The position numbers and the translations under genes are program-made. The notes under the pieces are model-generated. The model saw only the letters and a list, made by a program, of their open reading frames with translations. It made no database searches and was not told the DNA's origin. From assembly GCA_036785375.1 (NCBI GenBank), contig JAWMAR010000013.1, positions 9,362,001 to 9,426,000 of the forward strand: DNA of 64,000 bases, read 5' to 3'. Below, piece after piece: positions 1 through 10,854 of the stretch (its first letter is position 1; every line of letters starts with the position of its first letter). Source of the DNA: Leucoraja ocellata (Eukaryota).

Positions 1-87
1 GTTATCTCCTCTTAATTTTCTTGTTTATTTAGCAAAGAGTGTGGGAATTTCTGTGGCCTTGTGATTCGGAGTTGCTGAGTGACTGGT

Positions 88-919
88 TGTTTAAGAAAGA
101 ACTGCAGATGCTGGTAAAATCGAAGGTAGACACAAAATGCTGGAGAAACTGAGTGGGTGATGTCAGGGGAGGGGGTAGGACAAAGAAAGAAAGTGGGCGG
201 AGACAGTAGGACCAGTGGGAGGACTGCGAAGGGGGGGGGGGGAGGAAGGAGAGAGAGAGACCAAGGACTACCTGAAGTTAGAGGTCAACGTTCATACCGC
301 TGGGGTGTAATGTGAGCGAAATATGAGGTGCTGTTCCTCCAATTTGCGGTGGACCTCACTCTGACAATGGTGGAGGCCCAGGACAGAAAGGTCAGATTGG
401 GAATGGGAGGGGGAGTTGAAGTGCTAGGCCACCGGGAGATCAGGTAGGTTATTGCAGACACTGAGCGGAGGTGTCCAGCGAAATGATAGACGAGCCTGCG
501 CTTGGTCTCGCCGATGTAGAGAAGATGACACCTGGAACAGCAGATACAGTAGATGAGGTTGGAGGAGGTGCAAGTGAACCTCTGCCTCACCTGGAAAGAC
601 TGTCTGGGTCCTTGGATGGAGTGGAGGGGGGAGGTAAAGTGACAGGTGTTCCATCTCCTGCAGCTGCGGGGGAAAGTACCTGGGGAGGGGGTGGTTTGGG
701 AAGGAAAGGACGAGTTGACCAGGGAGTTACGGAGTTGAACGGTCTCGGCGAAAATGTTGCTGAAGATGGTCCTCCCTCTCGTAACAAGGACAGAGTCTCC
801 CTTGTCCTCACCATCCACCCCATCAGCCATCACATACAACATATAATCCTCCAACATTTTCGCAACCTCCAAAGGGATCCCATTACTGGCCATATCTTCC
901 CATCTCCACCCCTTTCTGT
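88..919 (-). mobile_element. Penelope-like retroelement (PLE) 3' fragment with GIY-YIG endonuclease and an inverted 5' segment
   Basis: The minus ORF 285..893 contains FTCTSSNLIYCICCSRCHLLYIGETKRRL (GIY-YIG type IY...YIG with Cys pairs). The 764-919 segment on + encodes the upstream linker (NKDRVSLVLTIHPISHHIQHIILQHFRNLQRDPITGHIFPSPPLS). The 3' tail at 88-160 matches the short hammerhead-bearing elements elsewhere in the window. Frameshifted. Confidence 0.85.
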
Positions 920-1318
920 TTTAGAGAGACAAAGAACATCTCAGAGTCTAATTGCAGGCACTGACGTTCCCTTTCTGCCTGTTGTTGTCAGCACAGTGAG
1001 TGCTTCAGTAACGTGGCAGTGAAGGCTCTTGTGGGTGGCATGGACAAGGCAGAGTTCACCAATGTACCCACCGTCGGTGAGAACCAGCAGCCAAAGAAGA
1101 CCACGTCCTTGGCCATTATCTGGTACATTTCCTGGTCCATTGTAACAAATGACTACTTGCAGAGACTAAAAAAAGTTCATCATCAGCAACAAAATGTGTT
1201 TGACCCATGCCTGTGTGGGTCGGCCGGTGCGGGCAAGTCGGGCCGAAGGGCCTGTTTCCATGCAGTATGACTATGACTGTGGTCGTGTGCATTTCCCCTG
1301 GGTGCTCTGGTTTGCTCT

Positions 1319-1740
1319 CATAAGATCATAAGACATGGAAACAAAATGAGGCCAGTTAGTCCATCCAGTCTGCTCCACCATTTGATCATGACTGATCTAT
1401 TTTTCCCTCTCAACCCCCTTCTCCTGCCTTCTCCTCGTAATCTTTGACACCTGTACTAATCAAGAACCTATTAATCTCTACTTTAAAAATACCCAATGTC
1501 TTGGCCTCCACAAACGTCTGTGGCAATGAATTCCACAGATTCACCACCCTGTGGCTAAAGAAATTCCTTCACGTCTCCCTTCTAAACGTAGGTCCTTTTA
1601 TTTTGAGGCAGTGCCCTCTGGTCTTAGACTCTCCCATATTGGTGACTCCTTTCCACATCGACTCTATCCGGGCCTTTCATTATTTGGTATTCTCCCTCAT
1701 CTTTCTAAACTCCAATGGATACTGGCCCAGAGCCATCAGA
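1319..1740 (-). mobile_element. CR1-type LINE 3' fragment inserted into a degenerate SINE
   Basis: CATAAGATCATAAGA tail and the CR1 ORF2 end (revcomp of ...GTGGTGAATCTGTGGAATTC...). SINE-like halves flank it at ~1276-1318 and ~1741-1880. Confidence 0.7.
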
Positions 1741-1916
1741 CACTCCCAGACATGCTGGTTGATGGGTTAATTTGCACTGTTAACTATCTCTTGTGTGGAG
1801 GGGTGGGAAGAAGTCAATCATATGAGAGAAAGTAGATAGTAGCGAAAATAGTTAGAGTTGATTTGACGGGCCGAATGGTCTCCTTCTACCCTGAAAGGAA
1901 AGATAAAATGGAAATG

Positions 1917-2358
1917 GACTGGATAGACTCGGCTTGTATTCATTAGAATTTAGAAGATTGAGGGGGGGTCTTATAGAAACTTACAAAATTCTTAAGGGGT
2001 TGGAGAGGCTAGATGCAGGAAGATTGTTCCCGATGTTCGGGAAGTCCAGAACAAGGGGTCACAGTTTAAGGATAAAGGGGGGAAGTCTTTTAGGACTGAG
2101 ATGAGAAAAACATTTTTCGCACAGAGAGTGGTGAATCTCTGGAATTCTCTGCCACAGAAGGTAGTTGGGGCCAGTTCATTGGCAATATTTAAGAGGGAGT
2201 TAGATGTGGCCCTTGTGGCTAAAGGCATCAGGGGATATGGAGAGAAGGCAGGTACAGGATACATTGTTGGATGATCAGCCATGATCATATTGAATGGCGG
2301 TGCAGGCTTGAAGGGCCGAATGGCCTACTCCTGCAGCTAATTTCTATGTTTCTATGAA
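1917..2358 (+). mobile_element. CR1/HER1-like LINE 3' end (young)
   Basis: Near-identical to the reverse complement of 4083-4530. Ends GGGCCGAATGGCCTACTCCTGC...TTTCTATGTTTCTATG. Confidence 0.88.
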
Positions 2359-2675
2359 CGGCCGCCTACATATTTGTTGGCCGTTCGGATTGGATGACGG
2401 TGGGGGCGTGCAGACGGTGGGGGCGTGCAGATATTGGAACAGATGGGGCCATAAATAGAAATTAAATGAAAAATAAAATTCATCACAGGCAGTGTTGCAG
2501 ATCAGGTGGTGTGAAGTGAGAATAGTCACACACAGTGCCTGGTAATTAAATGTCATTGCTGTCAAGGGTGGAGGGGTGGGGAGATGATGAGCAAGGGTAC
2601 AGGGCCTCCCCATGGGGGAGTGAAGGTGGGGATTTGCGAGCACAAGTTCATGCAGAAGATGAAGGATCTTCATTT

Positions 2676-2978
2676 TAGTTTTAGATTTAGAGATGCAACA
2701 TGGAAACAGGCCCTTTGGCCCATCGAGCCCCCACTGCCTAACGATCACCCGTTCACACTAGTTCCATCCTACACACTACGGATAATTTATAGAAGTCAAT
2801 TCACGTACAAACCTGCACGTCTTTGGAGTGTGGGAGGAAATCAGAGTAACCAGAGGAAACCCACGTGATCACAGGGAGAACGTGTAAACTCCACACAGAC
2901 AGCACCTGCAGTCTGGATCGAACCCGTGTCTCTGGCGCTGTAACGCAGCAACTCTGCCTCTACGCCACCGTGCTGCCC
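2676..2978 (-). mobile_element. HE1-like tRNA-derived SINE
   Basis: Minus strand starts GGCAGCACGGTGGCGTAGAGG (A box), has GGTTCGATCC (B box), and ends in a CR1-like tail GGGCCAAAGGGCCTGTTTCC plus a CTAAA-type repeat. Confidence 0.8.
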
Positions 2979-3840
2979 TTAACCTGCGTGTTCTGTATGT
3001 TATCCAATCCATACTAGGAACAAATGTGTAGGCATGTTTTTTATTTTATATTTCCTTGTGGCATTGAAGAAGGCCATTCCACCCATCAAGCAATTCTACC
3101 GATCCCGTCCCAGTGCTTATTTTCCCTCCAGTCCACTTTCTCTCCTATGACTGACAGATTCCCAGCCACCTACACAAGGGCAGATTAACCCGACAGCTAG
3201 CACATCTGTTGGATGTGGGGGACAGTAAACCAGGCCACCCAGGGGAGGTCAGGATCGAACCCACAATGATGCTGCTATTGTTTCTTCAGGCAGAGCACTC
3301 CAAAGTTTAAATCTCTACACTGGCTTGTTACCGGGTGCCGTCAGTGTGGATGAGAGATTCCGCACCACCCCCCATTTCTAGGCCTCATCACGATGCATGT
3401 CCCACACTCTGGCTGCTTCTTCCCACCATGTTCTATGTAGGAGTGCACACGTCCACAGCCATGAACCAGGCAAACTTTGTTCTTTGCAGCTAACCTCATA
3501 CTGATGGCCTAAAAACTCATTAGGCAATGATGAAAGTCCAAGGCTCGGGAGGCCAGGCGTCAATGCCTCAAAATGTTCGACGGCAACAGCAACACAGTCC
3601 CCAATCCAAGGGCCAGAGACAACTTCGCCTGTGGGAGCTGTGGGAGCATCTGCCCATGTCAGCCACACCAGGAGATGCAACCACAGATGAAACATTCCCC
3701 TCTCCAAGCAGTACAACGACAAAGCCCCACCATCACCTCTCACAGATGGACGGATGCCAACCAATGATGAGAGTACAGCTGACTGATCCCGAACATAATT
3801 ATTGTCTCATTTTTATCAGGTGGGCTAAATACTTTGTGTG

Positions 3841-3970
3841 AAGTCTGAAAAAGAGTCTCGACCCGAAACGCCACCTATTCCTTCTCTCCAGAGACGCTGC
3901 CTGACACGCTGAGTCACTACAGCTTTTTCAGTCCATCTCCGGAGTCAACCAGCATCTGCAGTTCCCTACA
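3841..3970 (+). mobile_element. Short PLE-derived element with a degenerate hammerhead motif
   Basis: AGTCTGAAAAAGAGTCTCGACCCGAAACGCCACC...CCAGCATCTGCAGTTCC; same family as 44257-44389, with the core mutated. Confidence 0.75.
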
Positions 3971-4082
3971 CTTTTGTTCCATTATTTACTGTATAAATGC
4001 TGGAACTTTGAATCTAATATTGCTTGCAATTGCTTTTTTTTTGCATTTGTTGAAATGATGGGTCAAATAATATTCTTATTGC

Positions 4083-4610
4083 CATAGAAACATAGAAACA
4101 TAGAAATTAGGTGCAGGAGTAGGCCATTCGGCCCTTCGAGCCTGCACCGCCATTCAATATGATCATGGCTGATCCAACTCAGTATCCCGTACCTGCCTTC
4201 TCTCCATACCCTCTGATCCCCTTAGCCACAAGGGCCACATCTAACTCCCTCTTAAATATAGCCAATGAACTGGCCTCAACTACCCTCTGTGGCAGAGAGT
4301 TCCAGAGATTCACCACTCTCTGTGTGAAAAACGTTTTTCTCATCTCTGTTTTAAAGGATTTCCCCCTTATCCTTAAGCTGTGACACCTTGTCCTGGACTT
4401 CCCCAACATCGGGAACAATCTTCCTGCATCTAGCCTGTCCAACCCCTTAAGAATTTTGTAAGTTTCTATAAGATCCCCTCTCAATCTCCTAAATTCTAGA
4501 GAGTATAAACCAAGTCTATCCAGTCTTTCTTCATAAGACAGTCCTGACATCCCAGGAATCAGTCTGGTGAACCTTCTCTGCACTCCCTCTATGGCAATAA
4601 TGTCCTTCCT
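4083..4610 (-). mobile_element. CR1/HER1-like LINE 3' end (young; ORF2 C-terminus still open)
   Basis: ORF 4179..4583 QRRFTRLIPGMSGLSYEERLDRLGLYSLEFRRLRGDLIETYKIL...FFTQRVVNLWNSLP is the typical CR1 ORF2 end. The tail is (CATAGAAA)3. Confidence 0.92.
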
Positions 4611-5787
4611 TCAGCCATGTCTGTAGTTCTTTAAGTTACAGAGCATAGCATCACGTTCCATGCCTGTCATATTGGTAGTGGCACTGTTTGCTCTGTTGCT
4701 TGCTCCCTTTTTAACTGGAAAGTGATACGGGGCACTTTATTTTCCACTGGTGAACTGATGACGTGTTTTCAGAACATAGCTTTATTTTTGAAGCGGATGC
4801 TAGCAAGCTAACAGAAAGAAGCTTGAGTTTCATTGTTAAAAACCAGTATACAGTGAAACAGAAACCAAAAACTAGCAATCATGTTGATGGTATGGAAATA
4901 GGTAGTTCCGTTACAAGGAGAAATAAATACGAGATAAATGCAATGGAATAGCAAATGGATTAAGTCAGACGAAGATGATAAGAAAAATAAAACACATATC
5001 ATCTTTAGTGGACATTAGAAGTATGTCTAAATGATAAACTGCTTTACAACATAAAGTTATTGAGACATAGTCATGGTTTAATTACTGGTGATAATCTATG
5101 ATTAATTATTACAACATTCTATGCTGACTAGTTACTGATAACTCATCAGCTCCAGTAGGACTACCCACTCTAATGATTTAATTTTAAATTAAATCTCTTC
5201 CCATTCTGTGGCCTTGAAAGTATTCAGCGTTGAAAAGCAGTTGCAGTCTGCCGCCTAACGTTATCCAAATGTTGACATATGAATGGGATAGTGGATATTG
5301 TCATCCCATGGACTGTCTTGGTTAATTCTGATCCTACCACCCACACACGAGGGTTTAGTACATGTCAATCTGGACAGGACATCAGGACAGGAACAGTTCT
5401 CTCTCTCTCCTCCCCATCAACCTCCCCCCCCCCCCCCCCCCACCCATCTACCCCCTGACTCCCTAAAGCAACTTGTAGCATCATTGGATCCAGCTGAGCT
5501 CAATGCATATACCACGGACTAATAATCCCCCATTTCAGTGGACCATTCTGAGTATGCCTCACTTATTGTGCCTCCTTCACTTCAGCCCAAATAATATGAA
5601 GCAGAGTTCTTCAGTAAAGAGAAAGGTTCTGGTTGTAGATATGGCCACACCAGGTCTACATTGGGAGCATCTACACTGCTGAGGAAAGTAAGGAATTAAA
5701 GCTATGCTTACTATACCCACTCAGACATCTATAGAGATTCCGAGGAGATAATGTTTTTTTCTGTTTAAAAAAAGCTGTAGGGCTAAA

Positions 5788-5965
5788 CATAGAAGATGGA
5801 AAATAGAATAAAGAATATTAAGAACAGAACGCAGAAGACAGCATATTCAACATAGAATATAGAATACAAAATGCAGAACATAGAAATAATATAGAACAGA
5901 ACATGGAATATATATAATATATAATAGAATTGAGAATATAGAACAGACTATAGAATACAGAATGC
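5788..5965 (+). repeat. Degenerate (AGAAT/AGAAC)n pentamer microsatellite
   Basis: Repeated ATAGA/ACAGA/AGAAT units. Confidence 0.75.
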
Positions 5966-6431
5966 AGGAGCTACAGACCAGCCAGTTTAACCTTGGCTGG
6001 AGAACTCTTGCAGCTACTGTCAAGGATAGGGAAAAGCACCATGGTTTTTTGAGGGCGTGGACAAAATCCACCTGTAGGAAGAGAATGTTTGTTGGAAAAA
6101 GTAGATCGCGTCTCTGTCCGGGAAGAAGCTGAGGGTCATGAGACCTTCCTGGTGGGGGATGGCTGTGTAAAGGGACTGGACTTCCATGGTATTTTTTTTC
6201 TGTCTGAAGAAGGGACCGGAGAAATGGAGAATCCGTTTTCTCCAGAGATGATGCCTGACCCCGCTGAGTAACCTTTTTAGATCTAAGAGTATGTGGGTTC
6301 AGGATTCAGTAAAAGAAGCATTTGGCATTCTAGACCTGGAGATCAAAGCTAGGAAGTTACACGAGTTGATACGATTCTGTCCGGTTCTGGGCTCCGCGCT
6401 TCAGTGAAGACCTGACGGCTGGAGGAGTTCG

Positions 6432-6637
6432 TGTAAGAAGGAACTGCGGATGCTGGTTTACACCGAAGCTAGACACAAAGTGTTGGGAGTCTAAAGAAGG
6501 GTTTCGGCCCGAAACGTTGCCTATTTCCTTCGCTCCATAGATGCTGCTGCACCCGCTGAGTTTCTCCAACATTTTTGTGTACGTTGGAGTAACTCATCGG
6601 GTCAGGCAGCATCTCTGGAGAGACCCTTCATCAGACT
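6432..6637. mobile_element. Nested short PLE-derived elements (outer on -, inner on + at ~6489-6582)
   Basis: The outer element is split at GTTGG(G)AGT, which appears on both sides of the inner copy AGTCTAAAGAAGGGTTTCGGCCCGAAACGTTGCC... Confidence 0.7.
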
Positions 6638-9212
6638 GAGGAGAGTTGTCGGGAGAGATTTATCAGGACTTTCCCGGGGTGCGGGGTGTTGATTATGTGG
6701 ATAGATTGAGAGAGATTGGGTGGTAATCCTTGGGATGGTGCGGTTTTAAGGAGATATGACGGATGCAAAGCGAGCAGCGAGAACCCGTCCCCGGCGGCAC
6801 AGAGATTGGGAAGGAAGAGGAGTGAAAAAAAAGAATCAGACGAGCTAAAAACTTGCATACTCGAAGTGTTAGTTGTAGGTGTAACTAAAGATACTCAGCT
6901 CTAGTATCTTTGGGTGTAACTCTACATCCTAGAGAAGGAGCGAGATAATGGGGAAAGGGCAGGGAATGGGGGCGGACAGGAATGCCGTTGCTTCACACAC
7001 TCAGTCTGCGAACCGCTTCCGATAGTGCTGCTCCAACCGGCGATTCTGATCTCCGGCATTTTTGTGACAAGAGTGACTTGATTTTCACTTGAGCTTTGAA
7101 ATAATCTTGTTTCCAAAACTGCACTTTGAAACCGCTCGCACGTAGATTTACCCGCACAAATAAGAAGCTTAGTTTAGTTTTGTTCAGTGTGAATTTTACA
7201 CATTTGTCAACTCGATTCACTGTGTCACACTGATTGAAGGCAACTCTGCCTCCACGTTGACTTGCGTGGCTTCACCGCCAATGTTTGTTTCTTGTTGCTT
7301 TTACACATTACCAATATTCTGCTTCGTACTTCATTACACTCGATGTATTGCATTTAAACTAAAAACAGTCTCGACACGGACAGTTAGTTAATGTATCTTT
7401 GCAAGCAACACTTAACGTGTGAAATTAATGTCTTGTGGCACAAATAAGTCATTTTAAACATGTTTCGGATTTAGATGGATCTTCTACCCAATGGAATCCT
7501 AAAACCAACCAGTTTAACTTCTTGTTCATGTACATTTATTCCCTTTTTCCACCCAATAACGCGGTTAAATAAGTTTGTAAGTGCGCGGTACACTGCTATT
7601 TTATCTTGAATGCCTGCATTTCTTCCAGTCCCCCCCATCCCCCTGTGTTTTCGCGACTCGTTAAAATCGACACCACGGCATCTTGATTTTGCTTCAGGTT
7701 AATTGCCTCCTGCTGGATAAAACCCTTGAAAACAAGGAGACGTTGATTGCCCCCGCACATCTGCCTCCCCCAGCTGAAATGAGATGCGCTGAAGGTGGCT
7801 CCGAAGGAAACATAATGTAAAGAAGGAAACGGGAAAATAAATGAAGGAGGATGGGGAGTGGGATCCTTCTGCTGTTGGGGACACCATCTGGAACACGCTA
7901 CTTGTAGTACCTGTCCGCTGAGTTTACCACTGCATTCGACAAACGAGCGAACAACCTCCCTGAAAGGTTTGCACAATGGGCTATAATCACAGTAAAACAA
8001 CTGCACGCATTTACAAAACATATTGCTTTTATTTTTTTAAGTCCTCAAAATAAATTTAATATACGCGAACATCCTTGATGTTCCTTGTAACATCAGTTAT
8101 AGCTCAAACTTGCCCGAGAGGCTATGGATTTAGCAACTGGCTCCTTTGTGCGGCCAATTATTTAGACACCGGTCAAAAATAAGTGAAAATCTATAAACTT
8201 AGTATTTTTCCCGTGCTAATTTAAATAGAAATATGAATTGCAATGATTTATCAGTTGTAGTGGAGTCTGATTGAAAAGTTCGCAAATTATAGCAAAGAAA
8301 AAAAATAATTTTTTCGAAGCTAAATCTTCCAATATCGAAAATTGCATTCATTACAGGACACTGTACTACTAAGTTTCAAATGATTTTCAGGGACGGTTCA
8401 TCCCTCGTCATTATATTATTACTCGCAAGCCTAAGGAAACCAGTCTGTCTACACTATGGAAATCGAAGAAATATATCTATAGTTAGTAGTTCGTTTAAGA
8501 AATCTCATCAACCGTATTATTCCATGGAGCTGAGAGGATTTTACATGGGATATATAGAGGTTTATTTTAATTATAATATCGAATATGATTTTAGAAAATA
8601 GATTGTTTTTTTCAGTCAATTAAGAATAGAAACCATAAAATACTCATGATCGGAAATTCGGGAATTAGTAGAATGCCTTGTCCGATTAAGAAATGTTGCA
8701 TGCAATAATTATGACACTGTGTGATATTTTTGAATATAATGATTTGATTTAATTAAAACAAACTCGTCGATGCAGACTAGAAATGCGGAATTAAGCTAAT
8801 ACGTATTGATGAAATCTTAAATTCTCTTACAACTTGGTTAAAGTAGATTATCAATTATCCTGCATTGCAATCCCGTTAATGATAGACCGAGCCTCCATGG
8901 ACTCCATGGACTGGTGATGTGCGGGAGACCGTGAATGGGACGCCGCTATTAGAGAACAACCCCATTCATAAATAAAACCCACGCATGGAAGCAATACAAT
9001 CAAATCAAATCATTGCAACATTCAACATAAACATTAAGGAATCGCAACATTTAAAATAAATAACTATTCAATTTGCAAGATTTCGCTGCTTTCTGAATGC
9101 AATGCTTGTTCTCCAAGGCGGGTGAAAGAAACCCGTAAAAGCGGTGGTATTTTGCTATTAATTAAAACTTCGGAGGCTTTTGATTTCCCGTGCGCGGCCA
9201 TTGAGTTGCTGG

Positions 9213-9301
9213 CTGGTGCTGCCACTGGTGCTGGCACTGGTGCTGGCACTGCCACTGGTACTGGTGCTGCCACTGCCACTGCCACTGCCACTGCCACTGC
9301 C
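9213..9301 (+). repeat. Hexamer microsatellite, mixed (CTGCCA/CTGGTG/CTGGCA)n
   Basis: About 15 imperfect 6-bp units ending in a pure CTGCCA run. It explains the low-complexity AT/AV/SG repeats in the local ORFs. Confidence 0.85.
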
Positions 9302-9362
9302 CGCACCGCGGCTGCGAGATGGCCACCGAGCAACAATAGGAGCGCTCCCAATAAAGTCGTCT

Positions 9363-9376
9363 GCTGCCATGGCAAC
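9363..9376. promoter_or_regulatory. RFX X-box
   Basis: GCTGCCATGGCAAC, one mismatch to the palindromic RFX consensus GTTGCCATGGCAAC. Confidence 0.65.
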
Positions 9377-9400
9377 CAGCGGCCCTGCGCCGCGTGCGGG

Positions 9401-9408
9401 TGACGTCA
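9401..9408. promoter_or_regulatory. Full CRE (CREB/ATF site)
   Basis: Perfect TGACGTCA inside the CpG island. Confidence 0.65.
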
Positions 9409-9584
9409 GCTTTCGGCGGAGGCGGGGCGAGCGAGGGGGGGAGTGCGCTCCCTTTCCAAACCGACCAATCGCAATCTCAAGTTGGCGACCGTTAAACCCT
9501 CCCCCTCTCCCCCCCTCCCCCCCCCCCTCCTCGCGCCAACCCCGCGAACTGAACTTGATGCCACCGAGCAGCGACCAGCCCTCC

Positions 9585-9925
9585 CGCCTCGTCATTGGTC
9601 CATCCCGCCAGCCACCATCGTCCCGCCCTCGCCCCGCTGCCTCGCCATTGGTCCATTCTGCCGGCCACCATCGTCCCGCCCTCACCCCGCCGCCTCGCCA
9701 TTGGTCCATTCTGCCGGCTCGCACAGTCCCGCCCACACTCTGCCGCGTCGCCATTGGTCCATCACGCCGGCCACCACAGTCCCGCCCACACCCCGCCGCC
9801 TCGCAATTGGTCCATCCCGCTGGTGACCATGGTCCCGCCCCCACCCTGCGCCTTACCATTGGTCCATCCCGCCGGCCACAATGGTCCCGCCCCCGCCGCG
9901 TCGCCATTGGTCCATCCCACCAGCC
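9585..9925 (+). repeat. ~53-bp GC-rich minisatellite (about 6.5-7 units), each unit with an inverted CCAAT box and usually a GC box
   Basis: ATTGGTCCAT recurs at 9594, 9647, 9700, 9753, 9806, 9858 and 9906 (spacings 53, 53, 53, 53, 52, 48). GTCCCGCCC follows in the first six units. Confidence 0.92.
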
Positions 9926-10854
9926 AGACCTGCCGACGATTGGACGCTGAGCTGCCCGTCACGACGAGCTGTCACTCTGGGCGAAGGGGGTGGGGCTGAG
10001 GGGGAGGGGGAGGCGCGGCTTTCGCCTCCTGACGGACGCTTGACGGCGTCGAGCAGGGAGGGCGGGTGAAAGGGAGGAGGAGGGGGTCGATCGGTCGGCC
10101 GGCGCGAAAAAAAAACACATTTCCGTCGACTTCAGGGATGGATTGAAGAGAAAGAATAAACAGAGGAGGGAAAGAAAGAAAGAGAGAGAGAGAGAAAGAA
10201 ATAAAGCAAGGGGGATAAAAGTGTGTGGGAGTGACAGGGATGAGGAGTGAGTGCGCGGCCGGGCAGTGAGTGAGGGGCAGAGCCGGGCTCCGACCGCTCT
10301 CCCCGCCACGGGCCGCCCTGTCGAGCGAGGGCGGAGTTTGCATTTTATATATTTATATATACACACACATATATATAAATATATTTTTTTCTCTTTCCCT
10401 TAAACTCTGACACGTCTGCAGTGAGTGAGTGGCATTGGCAGTCTGTCAATCCCTCACCAAAGCGGCCATCAAAAACATAAAGAGTTGGCTCGTAAATTGA
10501 TCCGGCGAATCATTTTTATGATCTTTTATTATTATTATTTCCCTTCTGTCTTTTGAAGAGGCAGTTTACTTTTGATCTTGTTTCTGCATAGGGTTTTTTT
10601 TCCTCCCAGCGAGATCTTGGATTTTTTTTCCTTCTTTTTTTTCCCAAAAAAGGAGAATTATTTTTCCGTCCTTTTTTTTCCTGACAAGTTTTTTGGGGGA
10701 GGAAAAATACGGAATTGAAAGCGGCCAAGAGCAAGTGTCCCCCCATCCAGTCTTGTCTCTCTCCCTCGGCTCCAGCGCTACCTGTGCTTGATTTATATAT
10801 TATATATATTGTTTTATATATATAAATTTCTCCCGTGTGCTGCTGCGGCAGAGT

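Larger units (their letters stand above)
9100..10520 (+). promoter_or_regulatory. CpG-island promoter and probable 5' UTR of PBX3
   Basis: Very GC- and CpG-rich block just upstream of the PBX3 ATG, with many GC boxes, CCAAT boxes, a CRE, an X-box and an E2F site (GGCGCGAAA, 10101-10109). The TSS cannot be placed from sequence alone. Confidence 0.85.

Noticed and set aside
2900-2978. tRNA-like A/B boxes (also at 52309, 59000 and 27940)
   Set aside because: These are heads of tRNA-derived SINEs, not cloverleaf tRNA genes.
3000-3077. Minus-strand ATGGCCTTC (MAF...), suggesting the first coding exon of the neighbouring gene MAPKAP1
   Set aside because: It continues MAFFNATRK and stops early rather than MAFLDNP, and lies at the edge of a degenerate repeat.
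9585-9925. Regularly spaced repeat resembling a CRISPR array
   Set aside because: The intervening sequences are homologous to each other, the context is a vertebrate promoter, and there are no cas genes. It is a minisatellite.
9064-10069. Long overlapping ORFs on both strands (up to 256 aa), some with signal-peptide-like hydrophobic starts
   Set aside because: They arise from stop-poor GC-rich hexamer and 53-bp repeats. The same peptides cycle through frames and there is no recognisable domain.
10837-10854. In-frame GTG N-terminal extension of PBX3
   Set aside because: Only 6 codons; the ATG at 10855 has good context (AGTATGG) and matches the known start.
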